Positions 1 through 9,562 are shown, counted from the first letter of the stretch. The stretch: DNA of 64,000 nt from an uncultured Bacteroidales bacterium (GCA_900317155.1 ONFO01000021.1:73865-137864); one strand, 5' to 3'. The notes: generated by a model not told the origin, from the letters alone. Translations and numbers: made by a program.

Positions 1-8
1 ATGGATGA

Positions 9-398
9 CTGGGAGGAAGGCCAAAAAAGAACACAAAACCCCAAGAAGAACCCCTTAATGTATATGTAAATGATTATGAAAATGATAATTACAATGTAAA
101 TGAGAAGGTATATGATAATCCTAATGGTTATGTAAAAGAAAATGAAAGCCTGCATGAAAACGGGAATGACGTTTCTGTTCAGGACAGCATCATCAACATA
201 GGAAGCGTTGATAGTATCGCAAATCAAAATCAATCAAAGGATGAAAACCATCTTCAAGTTGAAGATGATTTCATTTCGTCTCAAGAGACGGAAGACAATC
301 ATATAGGCAGTTCAAATAGTTGTTTATCAATTCAAAAATCAAATGAAAACGATGATTTCATGGATGCACTCTTTGAATTTCAAGACCTTGATGGATAG
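9..398 (+). pseudogene. Start-less ~130-codon open frame encoding an Asn/Asp/Glu-rich low-complexity tail. Probably the 3' part of a gene that is frameshifted or cut by the window edge.
   Basis: Frame 3 has no stop from 9 to TAG 396-398 despite AT-rich DNA, and no ATG/GTG/TTG until ~360. Frame 1 opens with ATG at 1 and stops at TAA 67-69. An A6 run at 23-28 lies where the two frames could be joined. Confidence 0.3.
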
Positions 399-639
399 CC
401 ATACCAAGGGATAGGATTATTTCTACCAATTTATTACTGCTTCCGACCCTCTATTATCATTCCAAGTAAATGTATAATAGGGGGCTTTTGTTTTCCATAG
501 ATAACAGGTGGGTTCCGCCTGTGGCCGTTGCGCCAGTTGGATAACTAATACAATACTCTCAATTAGAATTTCTGACTTTTTTCTGATGCCTATTAGATTT
601 TTTAAACCTACTTGATATTTATATAAAAAGCATGTAGAT

Positions 640-1020
640 ATGGCACTATTACGATTTGAGCCAGAAACAACGAAACTCACGGAATACGAGTTGAAGCTTG
701 TCCCGATTGTCGTAAATATATTGAAGAGTAGATTGGGCAGAGAGAACGCAATCACCAACAAAAATCTTGTGAATAGGATGAGTAAACTGGGCTTTAGCTC
801 CATTACACCAGAAAGAATGAGAAAACTTATAAACCACATACGAATTTACGACCTATTAGACTGCTTGGTGGCCTCCAGTAAAGGCTATTACATTTCCAAC
901 GATGAGAAAGAAATATCTGACTACATCGACAGTTTGAGAGGTAGAGAAGAGGCTATACGTGCGGTTAGATTAGCTCTGGAAGCTCAACTTGGCAGACTTG
1001 AAAAGGAACAATTAGAATAA
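640..1020 (+). CDS. Hypothetical protein (126 aa), helical, possibly winged-helix-like
   Basis: ATG ORF from the track with no recognisable catalytic motif. It forms a same-strand pair with 1065..1487 (44-nt gap). Confidence 0.45.
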   Translation: MALLRFEPETTKLTEYELKLVPIVVNILKSRLGRENAITNKNLVNRMSKLGFSSITPERMRKLINHIRIYDLLDCLVASSKGYYISNDEKEISDYIDSLRGREEAIRAVRLALEAQLGRLEKEQLE

Positions 1021-1064
1021 AATGTATAAAACTTTTGCGGTAGGTTGGTAAACCGCTATTTGAT

Positions 1065-1487
1065 ATGACTTTAGATGAATTAAAAGCGAAGAAAGAAACA
1101 GTGAAACACTTGGCAGGCTTTATCATTGACGATGGTGATGCAAGGATTGGTGTATTTGATACCAGCACACTTGCGGAATTGTTCAACACACAGAAAATAT
1201 TTCTGTTCTTATATGAGGAAGACGTTATGCTTTTGACATACCAGAAAGGTCTTTTGGGCTTCGGGTCATTCCTTCTTAGAACCCATATCTATGAAGGAGG
1301 GGATTATCCAACAGGAGAGTACCAAATTGAGAATTATTATGGGGATGTCAAAGAAATCCTCAATGGTGAAGTGAATGTTTTCCAAATGATTGCGGATGAC
1401 ATAGAAAATGAGTACGGCATGGAAATGAGCCAAAATAGCAAATGGCTTGATGACCTGAAAAACATCCTCGGCCAGTTAGGAAGATAA
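1065..1487 (+). CDS. Hypothetical acidic protein (140 aa)
   Basis: ATG ORF directly downstream of 640..1020. A weak hairpin (AAGCAG/CTGCTT followed by a T-run) lies ~40 nt after the stop. No family recognised. Confidence 0.45.
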   Translation: MTLDELKAKKETVKHLAGFIIDDGDARIGVFDTSTLAELFNTQKIFLFLYEEDVMLLTYQKGLLGFGSFLLRTHIYEGGDYPTGEYQIENYYGDVKEILNGEVNVFQMIADDIENEYGMEMSQNSKWLDDLKNILGQLGR

Positions 1488-1680
1488 CAATATTCTTATA
1501 ATCCGAATATATTACATTGTTTATGAAGCAGTTAATCAGTCGATTGGCTGCTTTTATCTCGACCAATAGGCGGCTTGTCTTGAAAAAGGCGGTCGCCTAT
1601 GTCCTTTAATTGAGAATTAATCTGAAATAAAATAGGCTCCCGATATGGAAGCCTAAATTAAACAAGGATTGAATATTAAA

Positions 1681-2091
1681 TTATTGTTTCTTTTTTAGAA
1701 CTAACTGGCCTTCAATATAGCCATCACTAATTATTAATGTTGAACTTGTTAGCTCATCTATAATAAATGTCGTATTACCACCTTTTGCTCCCCAACCTAT
1801 TAAAGTTAGCGAACTGCCTTCTATTTCATAGGGAATGGCATCTCCATCAGGGAAAGTAGTTAATCCATCGGCGGTAAAAACAAACGTCTCGCCTTCATAT
1901 ACTGAGAAGCTATGATAACCATGAACAGTATTTGTGGCTTCCCATTTACCAACAATCAATTCTGCGTAGGTGTTGCCACCTCCTCCGTTATTGCCTCCAT
2001 TGCCCCCATTATTCGGGTCTTTCGTACAAGAGGCCATAATTGCCATACTCAAACCAAGCAGGAGTATTACTGCATACTTTAATCTTTTCAT
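1681..2091 (-). CDS. Lipoprotein with lipocalin-like domain
   Basis: Lipobox signal MKRLKYAVILLLGLSMAIMASC, a Gly/Asn linker (NNGGNGGNNGGGGN), then the GKWE...TFTADG...SSLTL...STLII pattern typical of Bacteroidetes lipocalin-like lipoproteins. Confidence 0.7.
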   Translation of the reverse strand: MKRLKYAVILLLGLSMAIMASCTKDPNNGGNGGNNGGGGNTYAELIVGKWEATNTVHGYHSFSVYEGETFVFTADGLTTFPDGDAIPYEIEGSSLTLIGWGAKGGNTTFIIDELTSSTLIISDGYIEGQLVLKKKQ

Positions 2092-2522
2092 AGTGTGTAA
2101 TTTTTATTGTTGAACTTTATTTTTCTCTTTTGTCCCTAACGGCTCAAACGGGAAACCTTATACTTTGAAAAAAGTGGAGCCATTCACCTTCACAATATCT
2201 TGTCGGTGAAGGGCTTGGACACCCCTATAAGAACAAAATAAAGTTAAATGATTGCTCCACAGGGATGTATCGTATATTGAAACGATTACAAACCGATGGA
2301 AGCTACCATCTTCCTTCATTCCAATTCTTATAGTAAAATTGTCCAAGTTTCACCGAATGGAATAAAGCGAAAATTGAGCTTTCTTCATCAACCCGTTTTC
2401 TCTCGGATTGACAGGGCAAATATACGGAGATTTTGGATTGAGTAAGAAAAAAAATGAAAAATGATTGTATTTGCACCGCAAATGAACCACTATTTACGTT
2501 GGTAGAAAGCCTGGGAAAAGAT

Positions 2523-2556
2523 GGGCGGCTCTCTTCGGAGGGTTGCCCTTTCTTTT
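2523..2556 (+). terminator. Intrinsic-terminator-like hairpin that folds much better on the plus strand. It sits at the 3' end of the minus-strand defence operon.
   Basis: gggcggctctc-ttcg-gagggttgccc followed by tttctttt. On plus-strand RNA this gives an 11-bp stem (8 Watson-Crick plus 3 G-U) with a UUCG loop and U tail. On the minus strand the three G-U pairs become A-C or C-A mismatches. Confidence 0.5.
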
Positions 2557-4639
2557 AGAATAATTTCTTTATTTCCATTGGGTTATCTATGGTCTCGCCT
2601 CGTTTCTTCAACTCTTCCGCTTCCTTGCTGTCCCATAAAGCACCGACAAACCTAATATTCCCAGCCCTTGACATTACTTCATCGGTTATCGTGCTGCCAA
2701 TTGAAACCATGTTCTCCTTGGCTACATTTAATTCCTGAATGGCGAAATCAACCAGTATTGGGCATGGCTTTTCGTAATATGGCCTATAGCCAATTACTGT
2801 ATCGCATTTGAGATTGAAATGTTCAAGTGCCATTTCTATAAGCTCACGCTTTGCCTCGCTGATAATTCCAATTTTGATGTTGTTCTCTTTAGCCCAATCA
2901 AAGACCTCTCTCCATCCATCATATAGCCTGTATTGTGGGATAAGAGGATAAATGTCCTTTTCCCAGTTTTTTTCTCCTTTTGCGTTTTTACGAACTTCAT
3001 CGTCAGCCGATGTGTCGAAAAGGGTGTAATCGAAGTCAAGGATAAGACATTTTGTTTCCATGTCCTTCACTGGTGGAGCTTTATATTCTGGATGTCTGCT
3101 TCTGACTTTTGAGATTTTCAGTTTTTTGAACAACTCGATGATTTTTTTGGTGTCTTTGATGACAGTTTCATCGTTGTCCATCTTTTGCCTCATTTGGGCA
3201 TAAAGAGCCTCGTACACGGCTTCTCGTTCCTCGTCCGACAACTCCCTGCCTTTCCGCTTCGTTTCTTTCTCTACGGCCTTGTTTTCCAGCGAAAACATCA
3301 TATCTCTAACCATCATTGTAGTTATGCCAGAACAATTGTGGCCTTCAAAGATATTGCTGTCAAGGTCTTGAACTGCCCCAAAATGGTCATCATGCCCATT
3401 CGGACATTCCACAAGGTCACGGGGATAGGTCTCACGCAATCTGTCTCTATAAGGCTTGTATGAAAGATATTTGTAAAAATGGCATAAAGCAATGTGTCTA
3501 TAACAAGTCGCCCTTGCATCCCAATTCCTATTGTCGCTTATGTTTTTGCATAATGATTTTGCATCTAATGGGGTCGTTTGCTCCATTATGCCTTTAATTA
3601 TTTCTGGACTTTCCGAAAACTGCAATACATGAAACAACTGTTCAACACCATAAAACTCAAATCCTTTGAAATTGATAATGCAGTCTTCGTGATTACTTAA
3701 CACTTGGTTTTCAGGTTCCGCATGGCTGTGAAACTGAATACAATCTTTGAGAGGGTATTTATGCCATTCGTTAGGTTTGAGTTTTATTCCTCCAAGTATT
3801 TCAACCTCATCGAAATCCTCTACAGTATAAATGGGCTTTTGCTGGTTTTTCATCCATTTTAATTCAGTCGTTCCCTTGTAGCCCTTCTCCCACACACACC
3901 AGACATATTCTCTGGCTTCCGATTGGCTGTATTTTGGCACATCCACTGGCTTTGCCCTGCACACATCGAAAATGTTTTGGTATATCCTGACTGGAGGATG
4001 TTTCTTTAAGATGCCCTTGAAACTTTCCTCGCCAGACAAGAACTGCATAGGCATAAACAAGGCCACTTTCTTCTTGCAGATGTTGAGACAAGCCTGAACA
4101 ACAACATGGATGTCATCAGTGTATGGCAGCACTGAAACCACATCACACTTCTTTTTGGGCTTGTAATCGTCAAGGATGTCTTTGTCTGGCTTGTTTGGTG
4201 TCTTGCCGCTTTTGCGCATCACTTCCCAAACTGGGCTGTCGGCATCGTAGAAAGGCTCTGTTATTTCATCAGTAAAAGTTTCAGCATGAAGAATGTCCCA
4301 AATCACGTATGGATGGATGTCAAGGTCATCAAACTTTTTCTTGGGAGGGCGTTTTCTACTGATTTCTGACAGTTTTTTTTCTCCCTTGGCCACATCCCAA
4401 TACTTTCTGACAGTGTTGATTGAGATTTTGGCTTTTTTTGACACCTCCACCTTTTTGGCATTGGGGTTTTTCTTCAAGTAAGCCTTGATTTTATCAACGA
4501 TATTGGCACTTCTTTGGTGCTTCCTGTCGATGCCTCTGGTCTTGATGAAATAACGAATACCCTCAATGGTAACGCCGTTGTTTTTGGCGTTTTCGGCTGG
4601 GGTCTTCGTTTCGTCATATTTGATTTTACTGGTTCTCAT
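2555..4639 (-). CDS. 694-aa multidomain protein: N-terminal HTH-like region, degenerate Rossmann/methyltransferase-like module, NADAR (YbiA/DUF1768) domain, C-terminal HAD-superfamily phosphatase
   Basis: NADAR-like signature LSNHEDCIINFKGFEFYGVEQLFHVLQF...DAKSL...NRNWD...DLVECPNGHDDHFGAVQD. HAD motif I is LILDFDYTLFDT, with later IGIISEA and a C-terminal GST.TDE region. The MTase-like block EPFYDADSPVW...CDVVSVLPYTDD...YVWCVWEKGY has degenerate motifs I and IV. The ATG at 4639 overlaps the hsdR stop by 14 nt. Confidence 0.7.
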   Translation of the reverse strand: MRTSKIKYDETKTPAENAKNNGVTIEGIRYFIKTRGIDRKHQRSANIVDKIKAYLKKNPNAKKVEVSKKAKISINTVRKYWDVAKGEKKLSEISRKRPPKKKFDDLDIHPYVIWDILHAETFTDEITEPFYDADSPVWEVMRKSGKTPNKPDKDILDDYKPKKKCDVVSVLPYTDDIHVVVQACLNICKKKVALFMPMQFLSGEESFKGILKKHPPVRIYQNIFDVCRAKPVDVPKYSQSEAREYVWCVWEKGYKGTTELKWMKNQQKPIYTVEDFDEVEILGGIKLKPNEWHKYPLKDCIQFHSHAEPENQVLSNHEDCIINFKGFEFYGVEQLFHVLQFSESPEIIKGIMEQTTPLDAKSLCKNISDNRNWDARATCYRHIALCHFYKYLSYKPYRDRLRETYPRDLVECPNGHDDHFGAVQDLDSNIFEGHNCSGITTMMVRDMMFSLENKAVEKETKRKGRELSDEEREAVYEALYAQMRQKMDNDETVIKDTKKIIELFKKLKISKVRSRHPEYKAPPVKDMETKCLILDFDYTLFDTSADDEVRKNAKGEKNWEKDIYPLIPQYRLYDGWREVFDWAKENNIKIGIISEAKRELIEMALEHFNLKCDTVIGYRPYYEKPCPILVDFAIQELNVAKENMVSIGSTITDEVMSRAGNIRFVGALWDSKEAEELKKRGETIDNPMEIKKLF

Positions 4640-7600
4640 CCTTCTTCTCGTTCTCTTTCAACTGGAAATCATAATACATCGCCTTGGCCATTTCGCCCAT
4701 TACTCGCTTGTAAAATTCTTCATCCTCAAAGAGCTTTGAAAAAGCGTCCATCTGTTCCATATAACAGGCTTGCGCCACCTTGGAGAACTCTTTCGGGAAA
4801 ATGTCGTTGGCAAACATATTGCCATCGCTGTTCTTCGCCTGTTTCTTCAAGGTCTTGTTCGACTTCTGCAACTTGTCATAGATGGTCTCGACAATAACAC
4901 GGTCAGCCTCGGTGAACTTGCCAGCATACATGATGTTAATCTTGTCGATGATGTTCTTCAACAAGTCCCTGCTGACCTCCACGGGTTTGCCATCGCCGCC
5001 TTTCTCACCCTTGATGGTCTTTGTCTTCTCGGTCGGTGATAGCTTGATGCTTCCAGAAAAACCTTCGGTCAGCTTGTTGTTGATAAGTGCCAGTTTGTTC
5101 GTCAAATCGACTTTTTCATGGGGTGTCTTGGGCAACAGCTTGTATAGGAACTCGGTGAAGATATAGGTTTTGTATAGCTCGGCATCGAAAGTCCTTGCCA
5201 CTTGCGCCATGAAAGCATAGAAACGGTTGAAAGCCTTGACATTGAAGCGCAATCTGAACTGGTCTTCCTCTGCCAGCTCATTGAACAATGCCAGAATGGG
5301 CTTGTAGGCACTGGCCAGCTTGCCCAAATCAACACTGGACTGCTTCTTTGCAGAATATATTTTATAGACTTTCTCGACATCTTCATTGCTCCACAAATGG
5401 AAAGCATCAAGTATGGTCTTGTACTTGTAAACCATGTTCACATCAACGGCATCGGAAAGCAGTGTGTCTTCATAGAACGGCTCAAATGATGCCTTGATGC
5501 TGTCGGCTGTGTTGGCGAAATCAAGGATGTAGGTGTCAATCTTTCCAGCGCAACTACGGTTGACCCTCGATAGTGTCTGGACTGCCTTAACGCCTTTCAG
5601 CTTCTTATCGACAAACATTGTGTGCAGCAATGGCTCATCGAAACCCGTCTGGTATTTGTCGGCCACAATCAGCATATTGTACATGTCGGAGCCAAAGTAC
5701 AGGGGAAGGCTCTTCTCGCTTATATACAGGTCTTCTGTTGCGTTTAGTTTCGGCTCGGTGTATTCCACTCCATTATAGGTGACAGTGCCAGAGAAAGCCA
5801 CTAACGGGCGTACATCGGTATATCCTTTCTGCTTGCAATACTCCTTCATCAGGAAATAATACCTGACAGCATGCGCCCTCGATGGCGAAACCAGCATAGC
5901 TTTTGCCGTGCCGTTGATTTTAGTTAGTGTGATTTCCCTGAATTTCTCAACAATGACCGCTATCTTCTGTTGCAACACGGCTTCATGGTTGTCGTGGTAC
6001 TGCTTGATGGCCAATGTCGCTGGCGGTTCCTCGTATTCTGGGTTCTCGCTGATGGTCTTGGCTATCTCGTAGGATGTCTCAATGGTGGTGTAATATAAAA
6101 GAACATCTTTGATAAACTCTTCATCAATGGCTTGGCGCATTGAATAATGGTGGTAGGCATCATAACGGCCATCTGGCAACAGTTCTCCAAAGGTCTGCAA
6201 GGTCTTGGGCTTGGGTGTGGCCGTGAAAGCGTAGAAGAACAGGTTCTTGTGCTGCCCTTGGGTCAACAGGGTTTCCAGCATTTCGTCCATTTCGTCCCTG
6301 ACTTCCTCTTCGGTCTTTTCCTCCAGCTCGGCATACTCCCTCAATGCCTCGTCCGTGTCCGCAAGAGCAGCCTTCAGCTTTTCGGCTGACTTGCCCGACT
6401 GACTGGAATGTGCCTCGTCAATGATGATGGCGAAGTTCTTCCCAGCATGTTCGTCAAGTTGCTTGTAGATAAGTGGAAAACGGTGCAAAGTGGTGATGAT
6501 GATGCGTTTCTTGTCGTTGATGGCATCCTTCAGCTTGCTTGAATTGTCCTTATCTTCTATGGTCTCAATCTGGCCTTCGTAATGGTCGAAGCCAAGGATT
6601 GTGTTCTGGAGCTGCTGGTTCAGGATGCGCCTGTCGGTGATGACAAAGACGGACTGGAAGATTTGCTTGTCGTTTGTGTCGTGCAATGAAGCCAGCCTGT
6701 ATGTAAGCCATGCAATGCTGTTCGACTTGCCAGAGCCAGCACTATGTTGAATGAGGAAATTACGGCCAGCGGTTGCGTTCTTGGTGTCTGCTATCAGCTT
6801 CTCCACCACATCCAACTGGTGATACCTTGGGAATATCAATGAAGTGCTTTTTTCCTTGACCTGTTTGCCATTCTTGATTTTAATTTTTTCCTCTTTTTGG
6901 AGGCTGATATAGCCCTTGACCAGCGAAAGCAACATATCTCGTTGCAGAACCCTTTCCCAGAGGTATGCCGTGGGATAGCCTCCTTCGTTTAGCGGATTGC
7001 CGCCATCGCCAATGTTGCCAGCTCCGTTGCTGCCTTGGTTGAACGGCAAAAAGCGTGTCTTCTCGCCTCGTAGCCATGTGGTCATTTCCACCTCGTACAA
7101 GTCAACGGCAAAGTAAACGAGAATACGGGTGTTGAAACGGAAAAGAAGCTCTTTCGGGTCTCTGTCATTGATGTATTGGGTGATTGAATTGCCCACATCC
7201 TGACCCGTAATCTGGTTTTTCAGTTCCATCGCCACAATCGGGATGCCATTCAACGAAAGCACCATGTCAATGGAATTGTGGTTTTCGGTGGAATAAAAGA
7301 ACTGGCGTGTGCAAGTCAAGATGTTGCTGTTGTAGCGTTCAACCACTTCTTCGTTCAGTCCTGACGATGGGGCTGGATAATAGAAGTGGATGGCCACACC
7401 ACGGTCTTTGATGCCGTTGCGAAGCACATGTATCAGGCCGTAAGAAGCCACATCGTTCTGGAAAGTCTTGTAGAGTTGGCTTTCAGCATTGTCGCCGTAG
7501 ATGTTCTGGTAGCGTTTCCACATCTTCGGCTGGGTCTTGCTGATAAACTCCACAAGTACGGGCATATCAATTGCTTTGGCCTTGTCGTAGGTCTTCATGT

Positions 7601-7676
7601 CGCCCTTGCGATAGCCGCCTTTCGTAAGCAAAAAGGCTTCAATGTCGGCTTCAAAGTTCTTTTCCTTGGTTTCCAT
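4626..7676 (-). CDS. hsdR: Type I restriction enzyme, R (endonuclease/translocase) subunit
   Basis: 1016 aa. Walker A HSAGSGKSNS, DEAH box IIIDEAHSSQ, and the typical HsdR N-terminus METKEKNFEADIEAFL. Shares an operon with hsdM and hsdS. Confidence 0.95.
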   Translation of the reverse strand: METKEKNFEADIEAFLLTKGGYRKGDMKTYDKAKAIDMPVLVEFISKTQPKMWKRYQNIYGDNAESQLYKTFQNDVASYGLIHVLRNGIKDRGVAIHFYYPAPSSGLNEEVVERYNSNILTCTRQFFYSTENHNSIDMVLSLNGIPIVAMELKNQITGQDVGNSITQYINDRDPKELLFRFNTRILVYFAVDLYEVEMTTWLRGEKTRFLPFNQGSNGAGNIGDGGNPLNEGGYPTAYLWERVLQRDMLLSLVKGYISLQKEEKIKIKNGKQVKEKSTSLIFPRYHQLDVVEKLIADTKNATAGRNFLIQHSAGSGKSNSIAWLTYRLASLHDTNDKQIFQSVFVITDRRILNQQLQNTILGFDHYEGQIETIEDKDNSSKLKDAINDKKRIIITTLHRFPLIYKQLDEHAGKNFAIIIDEAHSSQSGKSAEKLKAALADTDEALREYAELEEKTEEEVRDEMDEMLETLLTQGQHKNLFFYAFTATPKPKTLQTFGELLPDGRYDAYHHYSMRQAIDEEFIKDVLLYYTTIETSYEIAKTISENPEYEEPPATLAIKQYHDNHEAVLQQKIAVIVEKFREITLTKINGTAKAMLVSPSRAHAVRYYFLMKEYCKQKGYTDVRPLVAFSGTVTYNGVEYTEPKLNATEDLYISEKSLPLYFGSDMYNMLIVADKYQTGFDEPLLHTMFVDKKLKGVKAVQTLSRVNRSCAGKIDTYILDFANTADSIKASFEPFYEDTLLSDAVDVNMVYKYKTILDAFHLWSNEDVEKVYKIYSAKKQSSVDLGKLASAYKPILALFNELAEEDQFRLRFNVKAFNRFYAFMAQVARTFDAELYKTYIFTEFLYKLLPKTPHEKVDLTNKLALINNKLTEGFSGSIKLSPTEKTKTIKGEKGGDGKPVEVSRDLLKNIIDKINIMYAGKFTEADRVIVETIYDKLQKSNKTLKKQAKNSDGNMFANDIFPKEFSKVAQACYMEQMDAFSKLFEDEEFYKRVMGEMAKAMYYDFQLKENEKKDENQ

Positions 7677-7701
7677 TGGATTGTATTGTGATTGAGTTTA
7701 A

Positions 7702-9534
7702 TTACAAGAAAATTTCTTCTTCGTTGTTTTCGTCAGGCATGGCTTCATCAATATCTTCCAGCTTCTTGTCTCGACCTGCAATTTCTTTTCCAGTAGCTTT
7801 TTCAATCAGGTCGAAAATAGCAGCTTCACGTTTGCTGAAATACGTCTCAAAGTCATCCTTCCTTATAGCTTCTACGTCTATCAAATGCGATTGGAGATAT
7901 GTATTCAGGTCTTCTGGAGAAACGCCGTGATTTCGTTCTATGCTGCTGATGTATCTTGTTGGCGCAACACCGCCAATAATACGGTTGGTTCTCGCATAGA
8001 TTGGGGTCTTATTGATGACAGAGTTCCATTTCTTTATCTCATAACCTTGTTGTGTGCAGTAATTGGCTGGAAAGATATGATGAATGTCTGTGGCTTCGTC
8101 AACATACATTGCAAAATCCATTTCCGTTCCCGTAATGAAATCCTTGCAGTGCTGTTTTAATATCAATGCCATGACACCTTTGTATGCAGCACTATTACGG
8201 GTCGTTAGTTGTCCTAATCTTGCGGCAAAGAAATTTGAACGTGCCACTGTTTCTGGCTTGTCATCATCGTCTTTTGCCCAGCGCATCAATCCTTGAACGT
8301 CATTGACGTATCTTGTTTCATTTGCACCTCCGTACAATTCGCCAAATACGCCACACCAATACCATTTGGCCAGTTTTGCCCTATTAGTGGAGTTATACCA
8401 TAAGTGTTTGTCTATGGCAAAAACAACAGAAAGCGGTATAAGCTGCGAAGTATATGGTAAATCAACTGACGTGTAAACGCCCTGTTCCTTGATGAATTTT
8501 ACTGCCTCCTGCAAACCGTCTATCAACTGGTTTTTGTACTTGTCATATTCACGATATTCCAGTTTAAGAACATCTTTCTTTTTGCAACTAACACCAGCCC
8601 GTTGGCCGCTTTGAACTTGCATATAGCTGTTCAACAGGGTAATCGCCGTGAGGAAATCCGTTCCAGTGAAAGCAGGTTGGCTGTTCTTGTATTTCATCAG
8701 GGCATCTTTCTTAAAACGTCCCCAAATCAAATCCCAGTCTTTTCTTAATTCAAAATTGTCGGCTGCGAAAGTTGCTGTTATTAGTTCAAACACTGTCAAA
8801 GAAACGCCTCCTTGGTTGACATTTTCAAACACTTGACAAACCGCCTCTTTTGGAACATCGTTACCCAGCTCAATCACGGGTATTTGATATTGCGACATGG
8901 GGTTTAATATCTTGTCGAAGAAAGCATCCCAGTTGTTTTCAGCCTCTTCCGTGTTGTGATACCTGCAATACTTTCTTTGCCATTGCATTGTGGCGGCAGG
9001 GTCAAATACGATATTCAACGGGAAACAGTGTTCCTTGTATTCCTGTTCTGGTGTCGAAAGGTCAAGTTTGATGTCTCTGCCAATATTTTCCCTGATTATT
9101 CTGTCTTCGGGAACTGAAATGACTGCATCTATTCTGTCGGTCAGCGTATCTAAACACTTGGGAATGTCCAAATAATAAAACCTTGAAATGGGTTTCTTTT
9201 TAAAATCCACTGTCTGTACCACCGATTTGCTGTACATGGAGCGGTAAATCGAAGTAATTCTTTGCTGACCATCCAGCACCAGTGTTTTCGGAATAACATT
9301 GGAATATGAGGCATCTACACCTTCAAACAATCGGTTCTTGAAATGAACATTATCGCCAGTAGCGTCCAGAAACATTGCCGCACCAATAGGATAGGCGTTG
9401 CTGATACTGGCTATCAAAGCTCTAATTCTATTGTCTTCCCATACCCATCCACGTTGAAAATCGGGTAGTTGAATTGTGCCATTGCCGATACTCTTTAGGA
9501 TGTCAGCTATTGGAGTGTCATTTGATTTTATCAT
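7702..9534 (-). CDS. DUF262 (ParB-like NTPase) plus DUF1524 (His-Me/HNH-like nuclease) protein. GmrSD-family, putative modification-dependent type IV restriction enzyme.
   Basis: N-terminal LPDFQRGWVWEDNRIRALIASISNAYPIG and LVLDGQQRITS motifs. C-terminal DIHHIFPANY motif. Confidence 0.85.
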   Translation of the reverse strand: MIKSNDTPIADILKSIGNGTIQLPDFQRGWVWEDNRIRALIASISNAYPIGAAMFLDATGDNVHFKNRLFEGVDASYSNVIPKTLVLDGQQRITSIYRSMYSKSVVQTVDFKKKPISRFYYLDIPKCLDTLTDRIDAVISVPEDRIIRENIGRDIKLDLSTPEQEYKEHCFPLNIVFDPAATMQWQRKYCRYHNTEEAENNWDAFFDKILNPMSQYQIPVIELGNDVPKEAVCQVFENVNQGGVSLTVFELITATFAADNFELRKDWDLIWGRFKKDALMKYKNSQPAFTGTDFLTAITLLNSYMQVQSGQRAGVSCKKKDVLKLEYREYDKYKNQLIDGLQEAVKFIKEQGVYTSVDLPYTSQLIPLSVVFAIDKHLWYNSTNRAKLAKWYWCGVFGELYGGANETRYVNDVQGLMRWAKDDDDKPETVARSNFFAARLGQLTTRNSAAYKGVMALILKQHCKDFITGTEMDFAMYVDEATDIHHIFPANYCTQQGYEIKKWNSVINKTPIYARTNRIIGGVAPTRYISSIERNHGVSPEDLNTYLQSHLIDVEAIRKDDFETYFSKREAAIFDLIEKATGKEIAGRDKKLEDIDEAMPDENNEEEIFL

Positions 9535-9562
9535 AACGTCAATATTAATCGGTTAAAAGCAA

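Noticed and set aside
4373-4440. A8 and A7 homopolymer runs (minus-strand sense) in the 694-aa gene as phase-variation switches
   Set aside because: They encode Lys-rich segments (GEKKLSEI, KKAK), which are common in AT-rich Bacteroidetes genes. The tracts are short and there is no evidence of frame disruption.
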